Of a stretch of 34,231 bases of DNA, positions 11,387 to 23,129 are shown piece after piece. Position numbers and translations under genes: made by a program. The stretch's first letter is position 1. Each line of letters opens with the position of its first letter. Source of the DNA: Octopus sinensis (Eukaryota); assembly GCF_006345805.1 (NCBI RefSeq), contig NW_021831701.1:1-34231 (forward strand), written 5' to 3'. The notes under the pieces are model-generated. The model ran no database searches. It was not told the DNA's origin and saw only the letters and a list, made by a program, of their open reading frames with translations.

Positions 11387-11990
11387 GATGGTGATGATGG
11401 TGGTGATGATGATGGTGATGATGATGGTGGTGGTGGTGATGGTGATGATGGTGATGATTATGTAGAGGGGGAGGACGTTTGTGATGGTGGTGGTGGTAGT
11501 GGTGGAGGTGATGAAGGTAGTAGTAGTGGTGATGGCGATGAAGATGGTGTCGCTGATGATGATGATGATGATGATGATGACGACAATGATGACGATGATG
11601 ATAACGATGACAATGATGACAATGTTGATGACGATGATCATGATCATGATCATAATGACGATGATGAGGTTGATGACGACGATGATGATGATGATGACGA
11701 TAGGATAAGGATGATGTTTGTGGTGGTGATGGTGCTGGTAGTGCTGGTGGTGCTAGTGGTGATGAGGATAATGTCCATGATGATGATGATGACGACGATG
11801 ACAACGACGACGACGGCAACGAAGAGGATGATGCAGATGATGGTGGTGGTGATGATAACAACGATGGCTGCGGCGGCGGTGGTGGTGTTGGTGTTGGTGC
11901 AGGAGACTTTTGTTGCTGATTGGTAGTGGCGATGATGGTGCCCCTGCATGTGATGATGATGATGAGGAGGAGGCGGAGGAGGAGGTTGGG
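11288..11990. repeat. Compound trinucleotide microsatellite (GAT/GGT/GAC)n
   Basis: Direct inspection; source of the poly-His/Met/Thr pseudo-ORFs. Confidence 0.95.
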
Positions 11991-12439
11991 GTGGGAGAGT
12001 GAAAGGAAAGATGAGAAGGTCGAGGGAAAGGGAGAGGGTAAGGTGAAATAAGGATATAAAAAACACTTTTTTTATGCAGAGAGATATTATCTTCGAAGCA
12101 GGCAAGTTTTGATTGTATGACCTGATGTCACAGATGAATAACCAGATTTTTGCCTCCGCTTTTCCATGAAATGTTATTATAGATGGTGCGTGACGTGTGG
12201 GAAATAAAGTAAGGATGGCTTGTCAAAGAGTATAACTAACAATGTATCCTCTTTTCTCTCTTTTTTTTATTTTTATTTTTTTTATTTTTTTGTCTTTTGA
12301 TTAAACTGTTATCACTACCTGAAGGCACTCTTCATAGCGGCTGCCTTTTATCAAACGATGCATATCGATATTGCATGCCTCTGTATATATAAACATCTTT
12401 TCTTTTATGTATATATGTGTGTGTGTATGTGTTACGTTT

Positions 12440-12476
12440 ATACTATATATATATATATAAATATATATATATATAC

Positions 12477-12516
<40 letters not shown>

Positions 12517-12622
12517 TATGTACGTATATATATATATATATATATATGAATATGTACGTATATATATATTATATATATATATGAATATGTACGTATATAT
12601 ATATATATATATGAATATGTAC

Positions 12623-12676
<54 letters not shown>

Positions 12677-12708
12677 ATATGTGTGTGTGTATGTATATGT
12701 ATGTCTAT

Positions 12709-12753
<45 letters not shown>

Positions 12754-12947
12754 CGACACACAGTCATAGTGAAAAAGGATGTTATCTGAATGGCGGCATA
12801 CAGTTTTCACATATATTTTATTTCATTGTGAGCATAAAATCGAAATATCCATGTTTGAATATGTGAATCTATTTCGTTTATCTGTTCAACTGACAGGGAA
12901 TATTATGGGTTAATTTATAATTTCTATGTATATTTATTTTGATATAT

Positions 12948-13015
<68 letters not shown>
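12440..13015. repeat. (TA)n region containing four GAATATGTACG islands
   Basis: TGAATATGTACGTA repeated 4 times between about 12513 and 12625, separated by variable TA runs. Confidence 0.9.
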
Positions 13016-13019
<4 letters not shown>

Positions 13020-13077
13020 TGTTTATATCTTTTGGTAATGTCATCTTGAATCTAGGTTAAAACAAAACAAGGATAAG

Positions 13078-13143
13078 ATAAATAAAATAAAATAAAATAA
13101 AATAAAATAAAATAAAATAAAATAAAATAAAATAAAATAAAAT
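13078..13143. repeat. (AAAAT)n pentanucleotide microsatellite
   Basis: Direct inspection. Confidence 0.95.
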
Positions 13144-13327
13144 ATAGGATATAAATGAAAGCTAGAAAAAAAAACACAAGAAAAATATGATTCATACCGT
13201 ATTTCCTAAATCACATGCATCCATTAGTTAAGTGGAGTAAGGTCCTACATGCAGAATGACTATTGATCCTAAACCCAATTCTCAAAGCAGCAGCAGATGG
13301 TTGACGTTGTGTTATATACTACGACAC

Positions 13328-13413
<86 letters not shown>
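13328..13413. repeat. (CTA)n(TAA)n microsatellite
   Basis: Direct inspection. Confidence 0.95.
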
Positions 13414-13414
<1 letters not shown>

Positions 13415-13594
13415 TTGTTGCTGCTGCCGCTGCTACTAGTGTTGAAGCTGTCACAAATTATACACGTCTGTGCGGCCCTGGGCAGGTTTTTTCAGAAGGC
13501 TACCATTCACATACACACACACACACACACATGCACACATATACACAAACATTGACACATTTTCTGTATGCATTTATTTATCTATGCATGTATG

Positions 13595-13656
<62 letters not shown>

Positions 13657-13730
13657 CATACATATTTATATTCATGTATATATGTATATATACATATACA
13701 TGTACATATATATATATACATATATACATA

Positions 13731-13783
<53 letters not shown>

Positions 13784-15103
13784 CGAACACACACGCATAT
13801 ATATATATATCATCAAAAGTTTGGAAGCCTGCAGCTCCTTCTCACCTTCTCACCCTTAGTTTATATCCCTTTCTCTTTCATTCTCCCACCATTTCTTTTC
13901 GCTCCCTCCCTCTATCTCTCTCTTTCTCCCTCTCTCTCACTCTCTCTTTATTTCTGTTTCCCTCCATATGAGTATGTGTTGTTTCATTTTTTTTTTTTTG
14001 CTTACTGATATTACTTCTTGGATTTCGATCATCCCGAGTGTCGCTGTTAGAGGATTTATTTTATCTTCCTTTGACACTTTGCTTGTTTTTCTTTTTCTTT
14101 TCTGTACCTTTTAATGAATCATACACCAAACCGCGATCACGATTTCATTCCACGTCTTCGAATATTAGCAAATAATCACTCAATCTGCAACACTTCGCAG
14201 CCTACCGTTTACCACTTCTTAAATTATTTCTATATCTACAATTGCTTTAAACAAGGATACGCTGCACAGCCAAACTCACACACCACAATGTAACATGATT
14301 TTTGTCCTTGGGTAGCAACTGTTATTTCCTATTGGCGTACCCCTAGAAAGCATGGCATAAAGCTAATACTTCCTTCAAACCTTCCTTTTGTTATATGTAT
14401 TCATATCCCAAAGTATTCCTCTCAACACATGATTGTGATGCACCCCCACTACACCTGTTCATGATCAGAGATGCACATATTGTCAGCCACTAAGGGACTT
14501 GCTCAAGTGGTGAGGGTCAAGCTACTGACAGGCAAATCTGTGGTATTTAGCAGAATATTTGCTATAACGATATTTCTGCTTCAGCAACTCAATGCTGAAT
14601 CTGTCTAAAATGTAATGGAAAATCGGTCAGTTTCAAAGCATTGATGTCCGGGTCACACAAGGAAAGTTTGAAGAGAATAGTGATTATTTCTTTTGATTTC
14701 TAGCTAAAAGCAAATAGGAAATAACAAATCCTGACCAAAGACAAAAAAAAAACGAAAAATTTGTTAAACAGTGTAATATCATATTTAATCAATCAACAGA
14801 GAATTCAACACCGCTTTCCAAGAGTGCTTGAAACAATACTCAACGTGTTATTCAAACATTCAAATGCCCTACATTGCAGCAATCTGCCAAATGTTTTCGC
14901 TGTTTTTTTTATTCTTTGTTTGTTAAATATTTTACACTTTTGGTGTTTTTTTCTTTTTGCATATTTTTCCTGAAAGGATTTTTTTGCTGTTTATATTTTT
15001 GCATTTTATATTCCAGTGGGCAGCTATATATAACCTACCCGCCTTCGTATGTACAATATTGTCTGTCGACTAAAGACCGCCGCACTAATGACTCTACAGC
15101 ATA

Positions 15104-15320
15104 ATACATACATACATACATACATACATACATACATACATACATACATACATACATGCATACATACACATATGTATTTATCCCTCTATCAAACTATCTA
15201 TCTATATGTGTATATATATATAATTGTAAATGTATGAGTATATATGTATATGTATGTATGTATGTATCTATGTATGTATGTATGTATGTATGTATGTATG
15301 TATGTATCTATGTATGTATG

Positions 15321-15351
<31 letters not shown>

Positions 15352-15465
15352 GTATGCATGCATGTATGTATGCATGCATGTATGTATGCATGCATGTATG
15401 TATGCATGTATGTATGTATGAATGTATGTATGTATGTATGTATTTATGTATGTATGCATGTATGC
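15104..15465. repeat. (TACA)n followed by its reverse complement (TGTA)n
   Basis: (ATAC)n at about 15104-15170, then (ATGT)n at about 15230-15465. Confidence 0.95.
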
Positions 15466-16077
15466 AAAACTTACTGAGTAAATTCTCCTTGAATCGAGGT
15501 TAAATACATTCGGTAGGACTTACCCTGTATTGTGAGCTGGTGTATGTATGCATATGTCATTGTGTATACGTACATTAGTGAATTTAGATATGAGTATGTG
15601 GATGTATGTGAGCAACTATTAGTGCGTGTCTGACAGCATGTGTCTGCGCGAATACTGCGTGTATATGTATATTTGTATGATTACGTGTGCATTTGTAAGT
15701 ATTTGTGTGTGTGTGTGTGTGTGTGTGTGTGAGTAATAATGAGAGAAGAAAAGAGAGAGAGAGAGTTGTGTGTGTTGAAGCGAAATCCTGGAAACAGATT
15801 AAAGAATGAATTAACAGATGCGAGTATAAAAAATAAGAAATCTTTTTTTAAGTTTTCCGAATGGTGTATCATTACAAGAATGGAAAGCTAAAAGAAAAGG
15901 AAAACAAAAACGGCTTCGAATTACTTAAACTCTAAGAGTAAACAAACATTATTCAACCGAGTTACGGGTAGCGAGACGTATTCGTGTGCTATACCTTCGG
16001 CGGAACTACGGCACTAAGTAGTAGATAGATAAATAAACAAAAGTGACTAATATATGACAATAAATGATAATTCTTGA

Positions 16078-16575
16078 TATTGGTTTCAAATTTTGGTTCA
16101 AGGCCAATAGGTTCAGGAGAAGGGTATTCTATTACATCAATCCCAGTGCTCAACTGGTATTTATTTTATTGACCCAGAAAGGATGAAATGCTAAGTCCAC
16201 TTCGGCGGAGATTGAACTCAAACCCAATGTATCTTACCCGGCGTGCTAATCATTCTGCTAGCTGGACACCTTGTATAATCCTTGTTATTATCATTGTGTA
16301 AGTGCTGGCAATAGTTTGGCAGAAACGTTAGAGTGTTGGGCTAACTATCTTGAGTTATTTGTTCCGAATCAGTAGGTTCTCATTTCCAATCCTGCTGAGA
16401 TCAGCAATGCTATTCATTTTTCTTGAGTCGATGAAGTAAGCTATACCTCAGGTACTGATATCGATTTAACAATTAATGACTGATCTTCGCAAATAACCAA
16501 TGTAGAAGCATGATATAGTACAGCTCCTTTGATTCCCTTCCCACCAACAAGATATGTGGTTCCATGCGGGTAGAA
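16078..16575. mobile_element. Head-to-head pair of diverged SINE family B copies (about 16078-16272 minus; about 16305-16575 plus)
   Basis: CCAGTGCTCAACTGGTATTTATTTTATTGACCCAGAAAGGATGAAA...TTCTGCTAGCT on one side and TGGCAGAAACGTTAGAG...GTCGATGAAGTAAG on the other. Confidence 0.7.
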
Positions 16576-16961
16576 ATATGATGAATATGACGTATTTATA
16601 TCCTATGTTACTGACGACACCAGCTACGTAGAAATCGGCGATGACTATTTTGTTGCGACATCCACTGAATCATCTATGCATCAAATTATATGCGTTGTAT
16701 TATAGGTAAGATCTATCTGACGAGCTTCCACACATTTAACATCTATCCTTTTCAAAACAAGGCTTGGATCAACATAAGGTTGTAGTAAAAGATACGTGTA
16801 TTGATGATATATTGTGGAATCAATTCGTTATTATTGCGAAGGGAAACTATCTTTTTGAAGCATTCGAGTAGACTCCACATCTATGCAACATATATGTACA
16901 TACACACATTTATTATAAGTTATGCTTACCTGTCTTCTCTCACACACTCTCTCTGTCTTTA

Positions 16962-17030
<69 letters not shown>

Positions 17031-17364
17031 AAGTGTGTGAACCTGAGAAGGGAAAATGTAGAAGAAAATCAATTATTTTCTTTTACCCAAAGTCAGGAAC
17101 TTTTCAGCACCCTAAACTGTCGCTAGCCAACAAACGAATCCCTTATGTGGTCACTTGAACGACTAGAGAATGCGAATTTATCTCTCTTAAATCTCATTTG
17201 GTTGTTTATATATTGCAATGACTCATTACATAATGTAGTCTTTAAACAGGATGGTCCTAGATGGAATTCACTTTTGATCATAGCCTATTCATTCAAAATT
17301 GATTTGAGGTAAACAAAATCACCAACAGTAACACAGAAAATGATAATCGTCGCCATCAATTCCT

Positions 17365-17625
17365 TGTGCAGCGCGTGGCTTAGTATTTCGGGTGTTGGGT
17401 CCTGATCGTAAGATTGTGGTTTCGATTCCTGGACCGGGCGACGCGTAGTGTTCCCCAACAAAACACTTCATTTCACGTTACTCCAATCTACTCACCTAGC
17501 AAAAACTGAATAATCCTGCGACAGGCCGGCGTCCCATTCGGGGAGGGAATTTATACGCATGGGAATCGAGAAACCGGCTCTTAAAAGTGGGCATCACTCG
17601 AGAAGGTAACCTTTCTTTACTTTTT
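17365..17625 (+). mobile_element. Diverged tRNA-headed SINE (family C-related head) with V-SINE-like central domain
   Basis: GTGGCTTAGT...GGTTTCGATTCCTGGACCGGGCG head, then CCTGCGACAGGCCGGCGTCCC...GAAACCGG, shared with 25450-25520. The V-domain similarity is from recall only. Confidence 0.65.
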
Positions 17626-17869
17626 ACCATCAACTACATTCTATTGACAACAACAACGTTAACGAAAATCTATAACTTGCCGACAAGACAAAGCATAATT
17701 ATGGAAAGATAAAGATGATTATTTATGATCGTCTTTTAATATGAAGAAAGCAGCATGTATTTGAGAGAGATTTGACCACCATTTTTCTTGCAGATCAATA
17801 ATAATGTAGAGGTCGTCTCACAAGGCGATTATCTTTAGTACCTACGACTGATGAAACTGTCATCCGTAA

Positions 17870-18053
17870 TTAGTAGTAGTAGTCGTAGTAGCAGTAGTAG
17901 TAGTAGTAGTAGTAGTGGTAGTAGTAGTAGTGGTGTGTTTGTGGCTGTGGTTGTTGTGGTGGTGGTTGTGCTGGGGGTTGTGGTGGTTGTGGTGACCGTG
18001 GTAGTGGTTGTCGATGTTGTGGATGATGTCAACGTTCGTTGCTGTAATCGTTA

Positions 18054-18085
<32 letters not shown>

Positions 18086-18180
18086 TGTGCGTGTGTGTGT
18101 GTGCGTGTGTGTGTGCGTGTGTGTGTGCGTGTGTGTGTGTGTGTGTGTGCGTGTGTGTATGTGTGTGTGTGTGTGATGAT
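17870..18180. repeat. (AGT)n/(GGT)n/(GT)n compound microsatellite
   Basis: Direct inspection. Confidence 0.95.
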
Positions 18181-19225
18181 AATCCGATTAGAAACTGTGC
18201 TGTATTGTTTATTGATTGCTGTTTGGCCGAGGTATTGAGGTCGATAAGACTGTCAACGGGCAACGGATTTTAAAAATTATGATGACGACGACGACGACGA
18301 TGATTATGATGATGTTGATGATGATGAAATGACGAGGATGGTGGTGGTAGTGGCTGTGGTGGGGTTAGTGTTTTTACTGGAAATGACCATGTGGTGATTG
18401 ATGCTGATGATAAAATTACTAAGATTAACTGCTTTTATTTGTGTGTGTTTTTTTTTCTGTTTTGTCCCCCACTTTTGCAACAATGGTGAGGAGTATGCAC
18501 TTCAGAAAATGTATTATTAATTGTCATCTTATTTAGGCTTAGTATTAAAAATTAATTATCTCCATTGCTTAAACGATAAAAAAAAATATGTATTTTCAAA
18601 AAAATGAGAAGCATACACCACACATAATAAAAAAAAATATCTAAAGGAAATATCTCTCTTACCGGAAGGAAGGAAAAAAGTTGGGAGTGGGAAATAATAT
18701 TATAACACCGTTACTGACAGGAAGTACAAAGCGTAATCTGATTCATGGGATATAAATATCCGGAGATATTCGTCGCCATCATTAAATTAAGATTATTCAA
18801 ACGGTATCTAAGATCAAATCAGCCACAGAGTAAGATTATTCAATTGCATGTTAATGATAGGCGTGAACTTGGCCAGCAGAAAGGGAAAATGTTCTAAGAA
18901 TGTAGTTGTTAGGGTGAAAGGAAGTTTTCTTTGCTTTGGAAGAAAAGAATAATAACAACAACAATAACAAACCTCTTTCTAGAATAGACACAAGGACTAT
19001 ATACTCTTTAATCTCTTTTACTTGTTTCAGTCATTTTGACTGTGGCCGTGCTGGAGCACCGCCTTTAGTCGAGCAAATCGACCCCGGGACTTATTCTTTG
19101 CAAGCCTAGTACTTATTCTATCGGTTTCTTTTGCCGAACGTTTTTGCTAAGTTACGGTGACGTAAACACACCAGCATCGGTTGTCAAGTGATGTTGGGGG
19201 GACAAATACAGACACACAATCATAT

Positions 19226-19264
<39 letters not shown>

Positions 19265-19472
19265 GTGAAATAGAAAGATGAATAATCTTGTAGTGGATTA
19301 ATCAAAAGTTTAACCGATACCTTAGTAGCAAAAATCACAGCAGTGAACAGCACGGTTGGAGGTACAACCATCTGGCGTTGCACCGTGCGTTGGTGCGGAT
19401 AATTGAAATTAAAACATTATTGGTGAATTGAAGAAATGGAGCTGAACGCAGATTGACACAGAAATCGTTTTA

Positions 19473-19560
19473 TTCATCTACACGTGTTTCGAAAGGCCAC
19501 AAATTACCAAAATCGATTGAATAATGGGACCATATTGTGTCTTTCTCTTCAGGAAGAAAA
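19473..19560 (-). ncRNA. Hammerhead ribozyme motif (left arm of palindrome)
   Basis: Minus strand TTCTTC-CTGAAGA-GAAAG...CTTTC-GAA-ACACGTGT-A-GATGAATAAA. Confidence 0.7.
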
Positions 19561-19717
19561 AAGGAATCCGTTGGAAAAAAACAAAACAGAACAGAGGCAG
19601 AGCAAAAAACAAATCGAACTGTGCTCCTAAGAGCCATGGCGAAACTCTTAGGAGCACAGTTCGATTTGTTTTTTGCTCTGCCCCTGTTCTGTTTTTGTTT
19701 TTCCAACGGATTTCCTT

Positions 19718-19806
19718 TTTTCTTCCTGAAGAGAAAGACACAATATGGTCCATTATTCAATCGGATTTTGGTAATTTGTGCCTTTCGAAACACGTGTAGA
19801 ATGAAA
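19718..19806 (+). ncRNA. Hammerhead ribozyme motif with extended stem II (right arm of palindrome)
   Basis: TTTCTTC-CTGAAGA(19726-19732)-GAAAGACACAA...TTGTGCCTTTC-GAAA(19787-19790)-CACGTG-TA-GAATGAAA; palindromic helix III, predicted cleavage after the GUA ending at 19798, AATAAA at 19805-19810. Confidence 0.8.
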
Positions 19807-20230
19807 TAAAACGATTTCTGTTCAATCTGCGTTCAGCTCCATTCTTCAATTCACCAATTTATATATATATATATATATATATATATGCATATATACGACG
19901 GGCTTCTTTCAGTTTCCGTCTACCGAATCCACTCACAAGGCTTTGGTCGGCCCGAGGCTATAGTAGAAGACACTTGCCCAAGGTGCCACACAGTGGGACT
20001 GAACCCGGAACCATGTGGTTGGTAAACAAGCTACTTACCACACAGCCACTCCTACGCCTATAATATATGTATATTTTTTTCTTTGACGGATTTGGGAGCT
20101 GGTCGATTACATAGTCCCTAGTGCTCGACTGGCATTTATTTTATTATCGAACCTGAAAATCCACCGCAAAGGAAATTGAACCCCTAAGCGTTTTTTTCTT
20201 TCTTTTTTTTTTTCTGGCGTGCCAACGATT

Positions 20231-20622
20231 CTTATTTCTTTATTGCCCACAAGGGGGTAAACATAGAAGGGACAAACAAGGACAGACAAAGGGATTAAGT
20301 CGATTACAGTGCGTAACTGGTACTTAATTTATCGACCCCGAAAGGATAAAATGCAAAGTCGACCTCGGCGGAATTTGAACCCAGAACGTAACGGCAGACG
20401 AAATACCTATTTCTTTACTGCCCAAAAGGCGCTAAACACAGAGGGCACAAACAAGGACAGACAGACGGATTAAGCCGTATTTCGTCTGCCGTTACGTTCT
20501 GAGTTCAAATTCCGCCGGGGTCAATAAATTAAGTACCAGTTACGCACTGGAGTCGATGTAATCGTCGACTTAATCCGTTTGTCCTCTCTGTGTTTAGCCC
20601 ATTATGGGTAGTAAAGAAATAG
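20231..20622. mobile_element. Tandem plus inverted multimer of headless SINE family B modules
   Basis: 20231-20407 minus, 20408-20474 minus (3' part), 20477-20622 plus; all match 10533-10718. Confidence 0.85.
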
Positions 20623-20625
20623 GTG

Positions 20626-20686
<61 letters not shown>

Positions 20687-21080
20687 CAGTAGCAGTAGTA
20701 GTAGTAGTAGTTGTGGTAGTAGTAGTAGGAGGAGGAGTCTCACAGTATGGTGCGTCGTGATACCCCCCTTTACTCCCCTGAGATCTTATCATATTCTTGG
20801 CTTTCTCGTTTTCATGCTGTCTTCTCTGTATCTTCGTAGAACATCTGTTTCAACTCTCAGGTGAAACTGCATTCAAATATTTATCTAAACCTAGGTTTTT
20901 TGCTTACGACTTCCAGCGCTGTCATTACCTCCCACTGTCACCACTATCACCACTATCATCATCATCATCATCGTCGTCGTCGTCGTCATTAAAATCATCA
21001 CCATCATCATCATCATCTTCATCGTCATTCCCGTCATTAACATCATTCATTATTATTATTAGCTTACTATACTATTACAG

Positions 21081-21132
<52 letters not shown>

Positions 21133-21191
21133 TACTACTACTACTACTACCACAACCATCACCACTACTACTGCTGCTGCTGCTACTACTA

Positions 21192-21224
<33 letters not shown>

Positions 21225-21228
21225 TTGA

Positions 21229-21447
21229 ATAGTCTTGATTATTAATTCTGCCATGAAGGGAAACCATTGCGCCGGCGGATTTCCAAGATGTAGCCTCCCC
21301 CCATCCCCAAATCATTACAGATCCTCTTCCATGTTTAACTGTTGGAAGAAGGCAGTCTGGGTCAAATGCTTCTTTTGGCTGTCTCCACAGGTATACTCGG
21401 CCGGTGATCTGAAATAGGGCAAAGGATGACTCATCTGAGAAAATAAC
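21229..21447 (-). pseudogene. Tc1-family transposase fragment (first catalytic Asp region)
   Basis: VIFSDESSF...GRVYLWRQPKEAFDPDCLLPTVKHGRGSVMIWG...LHGRINNQDY matches the Tc1 signature (V.FSDES.F...VWR...E.....C..PTVKHGGGSVMVWG); embedded between microsatellites. Confidence 0.92.
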
Positions 21448-21639
21448 ATACAACACCTGTATATACATACACATATATACATACATGCATACAAAGATAT
21501 ATACGTGCGTATATATATATGCGTGTATATATGTATGTATATGTATATATTTCTATATACATACATGTATATATCTACACACACACATATACATATGTAT
21601 ACACGCACCGGTACAGCCATGAGTCGTCTAGCAACCGTC

Positions 21640-22111
21640 CATCCATCCATACACATATGCACACACATACATACGCACATACAAACACACATTCATACAC
21701 ACATGCTCACATACATACATATATACATGCATGCATACATACATACATACATGCAAACATACATACATACATACATACATACATACATACGTACGTACGT
21801 ACGTACGTACGTACGTACATACATACATATATACATACATACATTCATACATACATACATATATACATACATATATACATACATACATACATACATATGT
21901 ACATACATACATACATACATACATGCTCACATGCATGCATACATACATACATACATACATATATACATACATACATACATACATATGTACATACATACAT
22001 ACATACATTCATACATACATACATACATACATACGTGCATACATAAATTCACACATGCGTACATAGGTATACATGTACATACCCATCCGTACCCATGCAT
22101 ATTTCCATACA

Positions 22112-22142
<31 letters not shown>

Positions 22143-22145
22143 CAA
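21640..22145. repeat. (CATA)n/(CGTA)n/(CA)n compound microsatellite
   Basis: Direct inspection. Confidence 0.95.
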
Positions 22146-22342
22146 TCTCTACCATTTCATACACACATTTGATTGCTTAAAGCGTGCAACATTCAGTTTG
22201 TCGATGCGTTTATCTGTATATATATTTACGCGTTTTCGTACATATGCGCTGTAGGAATTTGCGTACGAATTCGGCCATCTTAACGCGCCTCCATCTATAT
22301 CTGTATAAGTATGTGCGTCTATCTGCGTTTCTATATCTCTAT

Positions 22343-23043
22343 ATGTCTGTGTGTCCGTGTGATTATAAACGGAGAAAATTTCTTATGTTTTCAACTGTTT
22401 AACGTTTTTCGTTTTGTTTCCATGACTTTTTATCTCTTTTTTTTGTTCCCCTCCACAAATTGTTATATTTCCTTTTTTATCCTATGTACCGTTTGAACAT
22501 GTGGAGGCGCAATGGCCCAGTGGTTAGGGCAGCGGACTCGCGGTCATAGGATCGCGGTTTCGATTCCCAGACCGGGCGATGTGAGTGTTTATTGAGCGAA
22601 AACACCTAAAAGCTCCACGAGGCTCCGGCAGGGGATGGTGGTGATCCCTGCTGTACTCTTTCACCACAACTTTCTCTCACTCTTACTTCCTGTTTCTGTT
22701 GTGCCTGTATTTCAAGGGACCGGCCTTGTCACTCTCTGTGTCACGCTGAATATCCCCGAGAACTACGTTAAGGGTACACGTGTCTGTGGAGTGCTCAGCC
22801 ACTTACACGTTAATTTCACGAGCAAGCTGTTCCGTTGATCTGATCAACCGGAACCCTCATCGTCGTAACCGACGGAGTGCTTCCACCATGTCTGTGTGTC
22901 CGTGTGATTATAAACGGAGAAAAATTCTTTTGTTTTCAACTGTTTAACGTTTTTCGTTTTGTTTCCATGTCTTTTTATCTTTCGTTTTTTTTCCCCCTTC
23001 ACAATTGTTATATTTCCTGTTTTATCCTATGTACCGTTTGAAC
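22343..23043 (+). repeat. 156-bp direct repeats (22343-22498 and 22888-23043) flanking a SINE
   Basis: Both begin ATGTCTGTGTGTCCGTGTGATTATAAACGGAG and end TATCCTATGTACCGTTTGAAC. Confidence 0.93.
22499..22887 (+). mobile_element. Full-length tRNA-derived SINE, family C
   Basis: TGGCCCAGTGG (A box) and GGTTTCGATTCC (B box) in a tRNA-like head; homologous to 25245 and 399-605. Confidence 0.9.
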
Positions 23044-23129
23044 CTATTACAGATGTATCGATACAGTCGACAGAGTTATTGCACTGGATGCTGCTGTACG
23101 CGTCTGTATGTGTTCTACTCGTTTTTTTC

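Larger units (their letters stand above)
19262..19859. mobile_element. Penelope-like element remnant: inverted terminal-repeat pair plus a one-sided ~155-bp tail
   Basis: Arms 19419-19633 and 19645-19858 are reverse complements, each carries a hammerhead followed by AATAAA, and the element is flanked by (TA)n. Confidence 0.7.
19002..20059 (-). mobile_element. SINE family A split in its central (TA)n by a ~600-bp insertion
   Basis: 19002-19260 is the 3' half and 19860-20059 the 5' half; both are collinear with the uninterrupted copy at 27854-28253. Confidence 0.9.

Noticed and set aside
10947-12105. 304-aa His-rich ORF and overlapping Met/Thr/Ile-rich ORFs
   Set aside because: These are translations of (GAT/GGT)n, open in several frames on both strands, with no domain signal.
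19470-19809. Four mirror-image ORFs of 90-107 aa
   Set aside because: By-product of the palindrome; indels between the arms shift the frames.
21505-22254. 249-aa HTYI-repeat ORF and similar YI/CV-rich ORFs throughout
   Set aside because: Translations of (CATA)n, (TA)n and (CA)n microsatellites.
22499-22580. Functional tRNA gene (also the tRNA-like heads at 20059, 25245 and 28253)
   Set aside because: A and B boxes are present, but I could not build a complete cloverleaf and each continues into a repeated SINE body.
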